Shown here one piece after another: positions 27,301-37,500 of a stretch of DNA of 63,492 bases. The DNA comes from Candidatus Aenigmatarchaeota archaeon (GTDB taxonomy: Archaea; Aenigmatarchaeota; Aenigmatarchaeia; QMZP01), in assembly GCA_043824495.1 (NCBI GenBank), contig JBDRSV010000001.1, forward strand, positions 1 through 63,492. The letters are read 5' to 3'. Every line of letters starts with the position of its first letter. The stretch's first letter is position 1. The notes below the pieces were generated by a model. The model was not told the origin of the DNA, did no database searches, and saw only the letters and a program-made list of their open reading frames with translations. The translations under genes and the position numbers were made by a program.

Positions 27301-28272
27301 TTATTCAAAAAAGCTCTGAGGCAAGCATGTTTTCTTATGTGTCTTGAATACATGAAATCTATCAAAGTCTTGTATTATGTCCTGGAATTTCTCATTTAGA
27401 ATGATATACAAACTTCTGAAGTCTTTTTGTTCCATTGTCTCAACTGTTAATTCCAGATCCCATTCTCCGAAGACTTTGGTTATCTCTGTTATGTTTGGAT
27501 TACGTATACAGAAGTCAACAAGTTCTTGTTCTTTCTCCACAGAAAGATTATGATACTTGAGTAGAATTTTATTTGTTTGAACATTCAACGATTGCATATC
27601 AAATAATGGCTTGAATCCACGTATTATTTCAGATTCTCTCATTTTCTTTATTCTATTGATAACGGTTTTAGGGTCTACATTAACTACTTTTGAAATGTCA
27701 AAAATAGTTTTACTGCAATCTTGGACAAGATGAAATAATATTTTTTTATCTGTTTCTGTGATTTCAGATATCTCTCTATCTCCACCAATTACAATATATT
27801 GTTTATTTTTGTCCTCTTTGATCAAGTAGCTTTTAGGGAGATAGTAAGATACAACTGTAGTCAGAATTAGATAATTTTTCAACTGGTTCGGGTATCTTAG
27901 AATCAATTCTTTCAGCTTCTTGTTGAAAGACGAGGGGTTTTTAGAGGAGAACACAGATATTAGATCGTATCTACCTCCACATTCTGTAAGTTCAACAATA
28001 TCATTTTCTTTCCATAATTTATCTATAAGATCTAAGAATCGCTCCTTGTTCATGTAATTTATTTTGAAATATACTATGAAGTTGATGTAACCAAATCGTG
28101 CGTAATCTATCAGAGGATAAGCAGAGAGTATAATTTCTTTTTCCTGAAAACTCTTTATCTTATAATTAACAAGTTGTTGACTCATTCGTATTTTCTTTCC
28201 AATCTTAGAATGAGACATCCTCGAGTCTAAGTCATACGTATACACTAATCTTAGATCCTTTTTGCCAGACAT
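27301..28272 (-). CDS. Lrp/AsnC-family regulator with two tandem HTH-Lrp units
   Basis: Two wHTH units ('DSRMSHSKIGKKI...VNYKIK', 'DCSKTIFDISKVV...VINRIKKM'), each followed by an AsnC-like domain. Confidence 0.8.
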   Translation of the reverse strand: MSGKKDLRLVYTYDLDSRMSHSKIGKKIRMSQQLVNYKIKSFQEKEIILSAYPLIDYARFGYINFIVYFKINYMNKERFLDLIDKLWKENDIVELTECGGRYDLISVFSSKNPSSFNKKLKELILRYPNQLKNYLILTTVVSYYLPKSYLIKEDKNKQYIVIGGDREISEITETDKKILFHLVQDCSKTIFDISKVVNVDPKTVINRIKKMRESEIIRGFKPLFDMQSLNVQTNKILLKYHNLSVEKEQELVDFCIRNPNITEITKVFGEWDLELTVETMEQKDFRSLYIILNEKFQDIIQDFDRFHVFKTHKKTCLPQSFFE

Positions 28273-28369
28273 GTTTGTTATTATGGAACTTTAATTTAAA
28301 TAAATTATCTTTTTCAAAAAGAAACATAGATACTTTTTTAAGTTTTCTGTAAATCATACTTAAAGCGTT

Positions 28370-29578
28370 ATGGATAGTAGATTAACTATTGTTAATATTT
28401 TGTATGCTCCTCCACAAATTGGAGGAAGCGGTTACATGGGACTAAATCTTGGTAGAAAGCTTGCTCAAAGAGGACACAATGTACATGTAATTAGTTATAA
28501 CAACACGTTCTTAGAGGACAGTGATAGACGCCATATGAAAATTCATCCTGTAGAGAGTGTTTCTTATGGAGCATTCAGAGTTGATCCCCATGAATTAACT
28601 TTGCCTGGAGCTATTGTCAGACTTTCTACTAATGAAAGAATAGATATTGTACACGCACACTACGCAGTAACACATGGTGGAGCTGCAATTGATGCTAGAG
28701 ACATAATAAATAGAAGACAAGAAAGACGTGGCATCGGACAAGAAAATAGAATAGCAAGTGTCATAACAAATCATGGAACAGATGTTTCTGTTAACGGTTA
28801 TCAGGAACTGTTGGCTCCTGGTCTTGAATTAAGACTTTCACAAGCTGATGAGACTACATACGTTTCCAAAGCTCTTCAGGATGAAGCTAGAAGAGTTTTT
28901 GATTTAGATGATTACGGTAGTGTAATACATAATTTCATTGATCCTACTCCTTTTGAAGAAGTATCAGAAGAAGATGGGAATAAAATTAGGAGAGAATTAG
29001 GTATTCCTGAAGGTGCAACTGTTTTTTATCATGTTTCAAATCTAAGACCAGTTAAGAATCCTAACCTATTGATAGACTCTATGAGTTATTTGGTTAATGA
29101 GAACAGTAGAACAGACGCCTACATGGTTATAATAGGAGATGGTCCTGACAAGCAAGCCCTTCAAGATAGAGCTAGAGGTCTTAATCTTGGGGATCATGTT
29201 ATTTTTACTGGATCAATAAACAGGGTAGAGATTCCTAAGTACACACAAGCTGGAGATGCTTTGGTTTTACCATCAGCACAAGAGTCATTTGGTTTGGTCA
29301 ACTTAGAAGCTATGCATACTGGAAAACCTGTCATAGCTTCAAATGTTGGAGGTATTCCAGAAGTTGTAGCAAATGGAGAGAGTGGGCTTTTGTTTGATAT
29401 CAAAGATCCACGTGAACTAGTAAAACACATGGAAACTCTACTAGATAATCCTGATCTTCGACATAGATTAGGAGAAAGAGGAAAAGAAATCGCAATAAGA
29501 GATTTCGGTCCTGATAGAATAGCAAGTTTATATGAAGACGTTTATGAAAGCGCTCTTAGCAGAAGGAGGGCGGCATGA
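28370..29578 (+). CDS. GT4 glycosyltransferase, BshA (GlcNAc-malate synthase)-like
   Basis: 'IGGSG', 'HAHYAVTH', 'TNHGTDVS', 'IHNFID', 'HVSNLRPVKN', 'ESFGLVNLEAM' parallel BshA motifs. Confidence 0.8.
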   Translation: MDSRLTIVNILYAPPQIGGSGYMGLNLGRKLAQRGHNVHVISYNNTFLEDSDRRHMKIHPVESVSYGAFRVDPHELTLPGAIVRLSTNERIDIVHAHYAVTHGGAAIDARDIINRRQERRGIGQENRIASVITNHGTDVSVNGYQELLAPGLELRLSQADETTYVSKALQDEARRVFDLDDYGSVIHNFIDPTPFEEVSEEDGNKIRRELGIPEGATVFYHVSNLRPVKNPNLLIDSMSYLVNENSRTDAYMVIIGDGPDKQALQDRARGLNLGDHVIFTGSINRVEIPKYTQAGDALVLPSAQESFGLVNLEAMHTGKPVIASNVGGIPEVVANGESGLLFDIKDPRELVKHMETLLDNPDLRHRLGERGKEIAIRDFGPDRIASLYEDVYESALSRRRAA

Positions 29579-30705
29579 ATGAAACCCCTCATGGTGTTGT
29601 TCTGGGAATGTACGGTGCTAACGCTTTAGGTGTAACTAGAGCTTTAGGCAGAGAAGATATTCCTGTAGCAGGATTTCATGTTGGAGGTAGATATCCACAT
29701 GCGAGACATTCTAAATATTTAACAGAATTTCATAATCCTAGTGGAGTTGCTGAGCTATTAGATGAGCTAGGTGAATTCGGTCATAAACATCGAACGCAAA
29801 CAGGTAAAAAGGCTGTTGTTTACACAACAGGTGATGCTTATGTTTTATTGGCTCAGGACATGAGAGAAGATATGGGAGATCTTTTTCATCTTCCTGTTTC
29901 AAATAAATATGATTTAAGAGATTTGACTCATAAACAAAGAATAGCAGAGATAGCAGAGCCTTTTGGTTTTCATGTTCCCCATACCATACTTCTTTCTGAA
30001 TTAAACTCTTCTAGATTAGATGAATTTGAAGGAAGAGTAATATGCAAACCTCCTTATAGTAATGGTTTCAGTAAAGAAGATTTTTACATTTTTGAGGATG
30101 CAAGAACTGCATTAACTTCAAGAGACGAAATGCTTGAAAAACATGAAGAGTATGTTATCAGTGATTTTATTGAAGGCGGTACAGATAAAAGAGTAGAAGT
30201 TCACACATGCTTAACTGGTCGTCCTATAATTGCACTAATGCTAAAAGGTGATAGAGTATACGACAGTCAAGATGTTATTATTCCAATAACAGACATATCT
30301 ACATGGATACCGAGTTTGGTAGATCCCTCATCAGCATTTACTCGAGGTGTTGGTTTCCATGGTCCTATGGACATTAATGTTAAAATAGGCCCAGATGGAA
30401 GAGCATATTACCTGGAAACTAATTTCAGATCAAGCGCTAATATTGCTCTCGATATAGAAGCTGGTTTGAATATGCCTGCTCTTCTTTATAGATATTTTAA
30501 TGACATGAGAAATGAAGATTTAATTTCCCGTCAAATAAGAAAAGGCCTAGTATGGATGGATGAAAGTAAAGCTCCTGATGGAGAATGGGAAAAAAACCCT
30601 GCTGATGTATATGCATTCCAGGCAGATGATGACCCAGAACCATTTGAAAAATCTAGAGCTGAAGGAAAACTTAGTTTTCAATTTCAGAGAGACATCAATA
30701 AATAA
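29575..30705 (+). CDS. ATP-grasp carboxylate-amine ligase
   Basis: 'ALGVTRALG', 'ICKP', 'SDFIEG', 'YLETNFR', 'AGLNMP'; ATGA overlap with the GT gene. Confidence 0.7.
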   Translation: MNETPHGVVLGMYGANALGVTRALGREDIPVAGFHVGGRYPHARHSKYLTEFHNPSGVAELLDELGEFGHKHRTQTGKKAVVYTTGDAYVLLAQDMREDMGDLFHLPVSNKYDLRDLTHKQRIAEIAEPFGFHVPHTILLSELNSSRLDEFEGRVICKPPYSNGFSKEDFYIFEDARTALTSRDEMLEKHEEYVISDFIEGGTDKRVEVHTCLTGRPIIALMLKGDRVYDSQDVIIPITDISTWIPSLVDPSSAFTRGVGFHGPMDINVKIGPDGRAYYLETNFRSSANIALDIEAGLNMPALLYRYFNDMRNEDLISRQIRKGLVWMDESKAPDGEWEKNPADVYAFQADDDPEPFEKSRAEGKLSFQFQRDINK

Positions 30706-30707
30706 TT

Positions 30708-31862
30708 TTACTTTATCTTCTTTGGGTCAATGAAAACTAACAAAGCTACCAGTATTCCTGCTACTGCGAAACCTACTATGAACTTTGGAACTATTATTAA
30801 CAAGAACATGATTGGCAATACTCTACCAACAGCTAACCAAAGTTCTCTGACTACAGTATTTCTCAGAATATTTTTATCTCTTGTGACGTCACAAAACATA
30901 GCAAAGCTTAGTATTGGAATAAATGTGTAAAACATGCCTCCCAACAAGGATAGAGTCAAGATCTCGAATTGTGTAGTTGCAAACATTCTACCGAACCACA
31001 CAAAAGCGTATGCAATTGCACCTATTTTCAGTAGAGTTCCTCTATCATATTTGTCTGTGAGTTTACCTATGAAAAGGGTGAATATAGCTACTCCAACTCC
31101 TGCAAAGCTTGAAGCTACACCAAGTAAAATGAAATCTGTGAAATGTATGAATATGTATAGAGTCCATAGAAGATAATCTGACATTACAACTGAACCATTT
31201 ACGAGCAGTAGAAACACTAACCTCTTATCTAAAGAGAATCTCATGTCACTATATGTGAAATGAAACGATCTCTTGTAATCTTTTGTTATGAATAGCGGTA
31301 GAACACAAACTATGAGGAAAAATATTGCAATTAGAAACAAAGTTGGAAAACCAAAACTAACAAGAATAATACCACCAAACACAGGAGCCATTATAGCTGC
31401 TATTCTTGGAAGAGCAAGCAAATGACCTATTTCTTCTCCTTCATGTATTTTATCAGAGCTTTTGATAAATTCTGAGTTTAAAGGGATCCAGTATAGTGAA
31501 GCTCCTATACCACCCAGAACAGCTATGGCGTAGAATATACTAGATGGGATATCGTTGATTATCACTAGAAGGATGAAATGGACAATGGTGAATGGAATGC
31601 TCAAAGTTATTGTGTGCTTAGGTCCTATTATTGTGACTATCTTTGCTGTAATAAGAGAGAATAAGCCAAGTGTAATCCAGAAAGCAATCATGAATAGAGC
31701 AACTTCATTTAAGTAAAATGCGCTCTGAAACAAGTAAACAGGAATGAATATTCCTACTAAGGCTATAGCAATAGAATTCAGTATTGTTGTTAAGTATATT
31801 TCTTTGAGCTCTTCCTTTGTTTTGAAGGCTCTGTGAATATTATGAATAATGCCGTGGAGCAT
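30708..31862 (-). CDS. MFS transporter
   Basis: About 12 hydrophobic helices; 'GKLTDKYDR' MFS motif A-like. Confidence 0.85.
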   Translation of the reverse strand: MLHGIIHNIHRAFKTKEELKEIYLTTILNSIAIALVGIFIPVYLFQSAFYLNEVALFMIAFWITLGLFSLITAKIVTIIGPKHTITLSIPFTIVHFILLVIINDIPSSIFYAIAVLGGIGASLYWIPLNSEFIKSSDKIHEGEEIGHLLALPRIAAIMAPVFGGIILVSFGFPTLFLIAIFFLIVCVLPLFITKDYKRSFHFTYSDMRFSLDKRLVFLLLVNGSVVMSDYLLWTLYIFIHFTDFILLGVASSFAGVGVAIFTLFIGKLTDKYDRGTLLKIGAIAYAFVWFGRMFATTQFEILTLSLLGGMFYTFIPILSFAMFCDVTRDKNILRNTVVRELWLAVGRVLPIMFLLIIVPKFIVGFAVAGILVALLVFIDPKKIK

Positions 31863-31892
31863 GTTCTATAATTAGTTTAATCGGATAAAACC

Positions 31893-32222
31893 TTACTTGT
31901 AAATCTGCACTTTATTACCTTTAGCAGTTCCAGGCAATCCCTTTGTGAATCTTGCTCTAAGAACACCACTGTTTCCATGTGTATGTGTAATCTTACCGTA
32001 TATTTCCTTTTCCTTTGCTGTGTTCTTGTTCTTCCATACAACTCTCTTACCTATAAATTGAGCTGCTTTTCCCTTAGAATCAATTCCAGCTATTTCTAAC
32101 AAAAACTGGTTTGTTTTTTGATTATGTCTTCCTCTTCTAAAAGACAAAATCATTGCCTCTTTCTCTTCTACAATTTCTTTCTTTTCTGTTACTGCACTTT
32201 TCTTTTCTGCCATAGCTATCAA
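31893..32222 (-). CDS. rpl35ae: 50S ribosomal protein L35Ae
   Basis: 'SFRRGRHNQ', 'IGKRVVW', 'GKITHTHGNSGVLRARF..GLPG'. Confidence 0.9.
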   Translation of the reverse strand: MIAMAEKKSAVTEKKEIVEEKEAMILSFRRGRHNQKTNQFLLEIAGIDSKGKAAQFIGKRVVWKNKNTAKEKEIYGKITHTHGNSGVLRARFTKGLPGTAKGNKVQIYK

Positions 32223-32308
32223 CCTTATTGTATTTAACTCGTATTTGTATTTAAATATATAACTCAGGCCCTAATCATTAATATTCTGAGAACAAATAAT
32301 ATTTAGAT

Positions 32309-33718
32309 ATGCTCCAATTCTATAATACCCTGAATCGGAAGAAAGAGACTTTCAAAACCTTAAAACCAGGACTAGTCACAATGTATACTTGCGGGCCTAC
32401 TTTATATTGGTATGCTCATATAGGTAATTTTAGAACATATGTGTTTCAAGATATTTTACGCAGATATTTGAAATACAAAGGGTTCAAGATTAAGCAAGTC
32501 ATGAATCTCACTGATGTTGATGATAAAACCATAAGAGGTAGCAAGAAAGAAGGTATCAAACTAGATAAATTCACAGATAAGTACAAGAAAACCTTTTTTG
32601 ATGATCTCAAATCACTTAATATAGAGAAGGTTGAAGTTTATCCAGAAGCTACTAAACACATAAAAGAGATGATAAAGTTGGTGAAAGATTTACTAGACAA
32701 AGGTTTAGCATACAAAGGGAAGGACGGAAGCATATATTATGATATTAGCAAATTCAAAGATTATGGAAAGCTATCACATTTAGTTTTGAAGGGATTGAAA
32801 GCAGGAGCAAGGGTGAATCAAGATGAATATGAAAAACTTTCAGCTGGTGATTTTGCCTTATGGAAAGCTTGGACTGAAGAAGATGGTAATGTATTCTGGG
32901 AAAGTGAGCTAGGAAAAGGAAGACCAGGATGGCACATAGAATGTTCTGCTATGAGCATGAAGTATCTGGGAGAAACATTTGACATACATTCTGGTGGTGT
33001 TGATTTGATATTCCCTCATCATGAGAATGAAATTGCACAAAGCGAAGGATCTACAAGTAAGGATTTTGCAAAATTTTGGGTTCACGGAGAACATTTACTG
33101 GTAGAAGGGAAGAAGATGAGTAAGTCTCTAGGCAATTTCTACACTCTAAGAGATTTAATAAAAAAGGGACACGATCCTATTGTTATAAGATATTTACTTT
33201 TGTCAACGCATTACAGATCTAAACTCAACTTCACTGAGAAATCACTGAAATCAGCTAAAGATACACTAGATAATCTCAAGAACTTTATTCGGGAACTAAA
33301 TAATGCAAAAGGAAAGGACTCTGACATAAGCAAACTGATCAAGAAAGCTAAAAAGAATTTTGAAGATGCAATGGACGATGATCTTGGAATATCAGAAGCA
33401 TTGTCTAGTTTATTCAATTTTGTGAAAGAAGTGAATAAACTCATTTCTGAAAAGAAAATTGGAGAAAAGAATGTTAAAGATATCATCTCTCTAGTTACTG
33501 ATTTTGACAAAGTCTTAGGGTTAGAGCTCACAAAAGTAAAAGATGCTTGGCAATACGTAAAAGAAGCACCAAAAGAGATAAGAGAGCTTATTCAGGAGAG
33601 GGAAGACGCTAGAAAGAGCAAAGATTGGAAGAAAGCTGATAAAATAAGAGACAAACTCAATTCTATGAGCATAATTCTCGAGGACACTTCACAAGGAATA
33701 AGATGGAGAAATAAATGA
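32309..33718 (+). CDS. cysS: Cysteinyl-tRNA synthetase
   Basis: 'YTCGPT...HIGN', 'DFALWK', 'GRPGWHIEC', 'HHENE', 'KMSKS'. Confidence 0.97.
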   Translation: MLQFYNTLNRKKETFKTLKPGLVTMYTCGPTLYWYAHIGNFRTYVFQDILRRYLKYKGFKIKQVMNLTDVDDKTIRGSKKEGIKLDKFTDKYKKTFFDDLKSLNIEKVEVYPEATKHIKEMIKLVKDLLDKGLAYKGKDGSIYYDISKFKDYGKLSHLVLKGLKAGARVNQDEYEKLSAGDFALWKAWTEEDGNVFWESELGKGRPGWHIECSAMSMKYLGETFDIHSGGVDLIFPHHENEIAQSEGSTSKDFAKFWVHGEHLLVEGKKMSKSLGNFYTLRDLIKKGHDPIVIRYLLLSTHYRSKLNFTEKSLKSAKDTLDNLKNFIRELNNAKGKDSDISKLIKKAKKNFEDAMDDDLGISEALSSLFNFVKEVNKLISEKKIGEKNVKDIISLVTDFDKVLGLELTKVKDAWQYVKEAPKEIRELIQEREDARKSKDWKKADKIRDKLNSMSIILEDTSQGIRWRNK

Positions 33719-33791
33719 AAATAATTTTCCTGGCCACGACTGGTGGAAGATCGTCGAGGGTATTAATGTTAAAGTGATGGAGGTGAACGGT

Positions 33792-34551
33792 ATGAAAATA
33801 ATTATTCTTGGGACCGCAGGTGGTCGCTTTCGCTGTAATAAATCAACTAAGAGCTAGCGGTGGGTGGATTATTGAGATGAGTGGAGAAATGTTACACATA
33901 GATCCAGGACCAGGGGCCTTGGTAAGAGCTAAAGAGTATAAAGTGGATTTATTCAAACTTACAGGCTTACTCGTATCTCATGCGCATCCTGATCATTACG
34001 GAGACGCAGAAATGGTTTTAGAAGCTATGACAGGAGGCGCTAAAGTAAAAAGAGGCGTCTTAATAGGAAATGAGAATGTGATTAAAGGCGGTAAGACATA
34101 TCATCCTGTTTTCTCACCGTATCACCTAAAAGCTGTTGACAAGTATGTAGTAATGAAAGCGGGCGATAAGACAAATATTGGTAAGATTAACATCACAGCA
34201 ACAAAAACCGTACATGATGAACCTAAATGTATAGGTTTTGTTTTTGAAGGATCTAAGAAAATAGGATTCACATCAGACGGAGAGTATTTTAAAGGACAAG
34301 CTGAATACTACAAAGGATGTGATTATTTGGTTATTAATTGTATGATACAAAAGGATTATTCTTGGCCAGGTCATATCAATGTGAATGATGCAGCTAAACT
34401 AATAAAAGAGGTGAACCCTAAAACAGCTATACTAAAAGACTTTAGTAGTTATTTATTAGAAGCCGGACCAGAAGAGCAAATTGAATGGATAGAAAAAACA
34501 ACTGGAATAAAAACAATCGCTGCAAAAGACGGGATGAAACTCAATCTTTAG
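33792..34551 (+). CDS. MBL-fold metallo-hydrolase with a +1 frameshift near 33828-33831 (programmed, pseudogenised or assembly error)
   Basis: GGAGGTGA SD then ATG 33792 'MKIIILGTAGGRF'; continuation 'AVINQLRASGG...SHAHPDHYGD' is in the +1 frame. Confidence 0.8.
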
Positions 34552-37500
34552 GTTTTGACCACTTTTTAGATAGTTCATGCCATGACATGTCTGTGCCCTT
34601 TGATTTGAATGACATTACAGCCAATACCAGAACTACGAGTATTATAATACCTGCTGCTACCATGTAAACCCATGAATAATCCACTGGGCACATCGTTGGA
34701 CAATCTCCACCACAATCAACCCCATCTTCACCTAAATCCTGAACTTCATTATTACATAAATAATCCAAGTCTCTACAATCTAATCCTTCATCTGTTTCTC
34801 TGTCACAATCATCATCTACTTCATTACAAACTTCGTCTCTTGGACCAACTTCTCCAGAACATGGATCCCATGAACCACTTACACATGATTGTGTACCTTT
34901 GGCACAAGCTCCTATATCAGTTCCGCATGTTTGTGTTTGCCCATCTCTACATTGACATGCTTCATCATTACTTCCATCACAATCATTATCTAATCCATCA
35001 CCACAAACTTCTGTAACAGGATTTACTTCATCTTGACAAGCTTGCCATGCACCTGCAAAACAAACTTGTATTCCTTTTTCACATGTACCTGTATCTGTTC
35101 CACAAGACTTTAGAATTCCTTCGTCAACCAAACCATTACAATTATTATCCACATTATCACAGATTTCTGCTCCATGACCAAATTCTCCCTCACACACCCC
35201 CCACTCATTATTTTCACATACAATTATTCCAGGATTGCATGCACCAACACTACTACCACATGTTTTTGTTTCATTTCCTAAACATGAAACAACATTATAA
35301 GAGAATGTTCTATTTGTTGGATTATTGTTTATGTCAACTGCTGTTATTGTGAAAGAATGACTTCCAATTGTTTGAGTATCATTTATTAGCCATCTTAGTA
35401 ACCATGTTGGACCATCTTCTGTTTTATTTACTGGTTGTATTGTTTGAGTACCAAGTTTGAATGTGACACTCTTGATGCTGATATCATCTGTTACATTAGC
35501 TACGATGTCCACTTCTCCTCCGATTTTCACATTACTGACAAAACTTGCGTCTATTGTTGGTCCTGTTGAATCATATGTTGTTTTTCTAATTGTTTCAGAA
35601 ACTGTTTTTCTTCCAACATTGTCAGTTACTGAGCACCTGAAATAATAATCTCCTTCATTTGATGCTGTGAAAATAAGTTGTGTTTGATCTGTTCCTGAAC
35701 CACCTGGAACTGTTCTCCATAATATCCCATCAAGACTCCACTCAATATCATAATCTTTTACACCAGAAGCTGCGTCACTTCCAGACCATTCCAAATTGAT
35801 TACAGGATTTGTTGTGTAAGTAGAAAGTTCATCCATTGTACATGTTGGATTTTCAAGATCAACTCTTGTTGATATAACTGGAGTTGTTTTTGAATTGCCT
35901 GCTTTATCTTTAGCTGTTGTTTTGAAGTAATATTTCTGACCATCTGTGAAGTTTGTTGAATACTCTCCAAATGTTGCACTTGTCAAATCTTTTGTGCATT
36001 GTGTTGTTTTTCCTGAAGCTTCATAAACAATGTATTTCCAGTTAGTTGAATCTTTGCTCCATTCAACATCATAACACTCTATACCTGAAACACTATCATT
36101 TCCTTGCCATTCAACCACGAACTGGTCTGTCTTCCATTCTGATAAATTGGTCATTGATATTGTAGGTGCTGTTGCATCAACTACTGTGTGAACTAAATTT
36201 GTAGCAGATCCTCTTTCATCTATGATATTTATTGGAGTACATGAGAAACTATATTTGTGACCATCTGTTGCTGCGAATGTGTGAGAAGTCGTTGTTTTTA
36301 CAACTGTTTGCCATTCTGCTTCATCATCTAAATTATATCCAATCTCATAAGATCCGATTCCTCTTCCAGATGGATCACTAGCTGTCCAAGCAAGAGAAAT
36401 GGAAGTTGACTTTGTGTATTCTGCTAAGTCAGTCATGGTACATATTGGTTTTCTTGTATCCATATTTATTGTGACTTCTCTTGTTTGTTCTCTATTACCT
36501 GATCTATCAATAGAATAATATCTTATTGTTCTTTGACAATTTTCACTTAAACAAGAAAGTGAAATAGAAGTTTTTGTTGCGAAAGATGTACATGTTGATT
36601 CTATTTGAGAATCATATGAACAAGCAAATGTGCTTAAGTTATGACATCCTGATAATCCATCAAAACATTGTAGGTTGATGATAGCTAACCCACCATATAT
36701 GTTACCTGCTATTGCATCATTAACTGTTGTTGGTGGAGTTGTATCAATTGCTATAGAACCATAAGCTGGTGTTGTATCCCAGTTTCCTGCGTAATCTCTA
36801 CATGTAAAGTATACTGTTTTTACCCCATCTGTTGGTCCTGAATCAGCTGAATAATTATGGCTCATACTCATGACACCAGTGTAAGCAAATTCTGATGACC
36901 AACCACTGCCCCAATTAATTATACATGCAGCTGTATCGGCTGTATGATTTGTTGTTAACCCGAGTGCATGAACAACTCCATCATTATCATACTCTGATAT
37001 TGATTCATTTGTATCTCCAAGACCAATCATAACTGAATTTGGCGCATCTTTGTCAAGTCTTATTCCGTCTTCAACACCATTTGTATTTCCTGCTCTATCT
37101 TGAACTTTAAAATGAACTTTTTTGACAGATGTTTCAAAACTTATTTTGGAACCTACATAAGATCCTGGAGAAGCTGCATCTACAGGATCTCCTCCATTTC
37201 CACCACTACCGCCTGTACCACATTCACCATCAACCAAAGACCAGCAACCAATCTGTTCTTTACATTGTGACCATGTGGATGGTTCTGTATCACCATCATT
37301 CCAATATCTACAAGCTAAGTTAGCTATACCAGAAGCCCAATCATCATATATCATTTTAAGTGAGACTATAGTAGAATTTGTGCTTTCTTCTCCATTATTT
37401 ATTGTTATGCTAGCATTAGGCTTCTGTTTATCTATTGTAACATAATACTCTTGTATTGGAGAAGGATTCGGTGCTTTATCATACGCTTGAAATCTCCAAA

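Noticed and set aside
32309-33718. cysS as an MshC-like ligase for the BshA-like pathway
   Set aside because: It is full length with the anticodon-binding domain and looks like the housekeeping CysRS.
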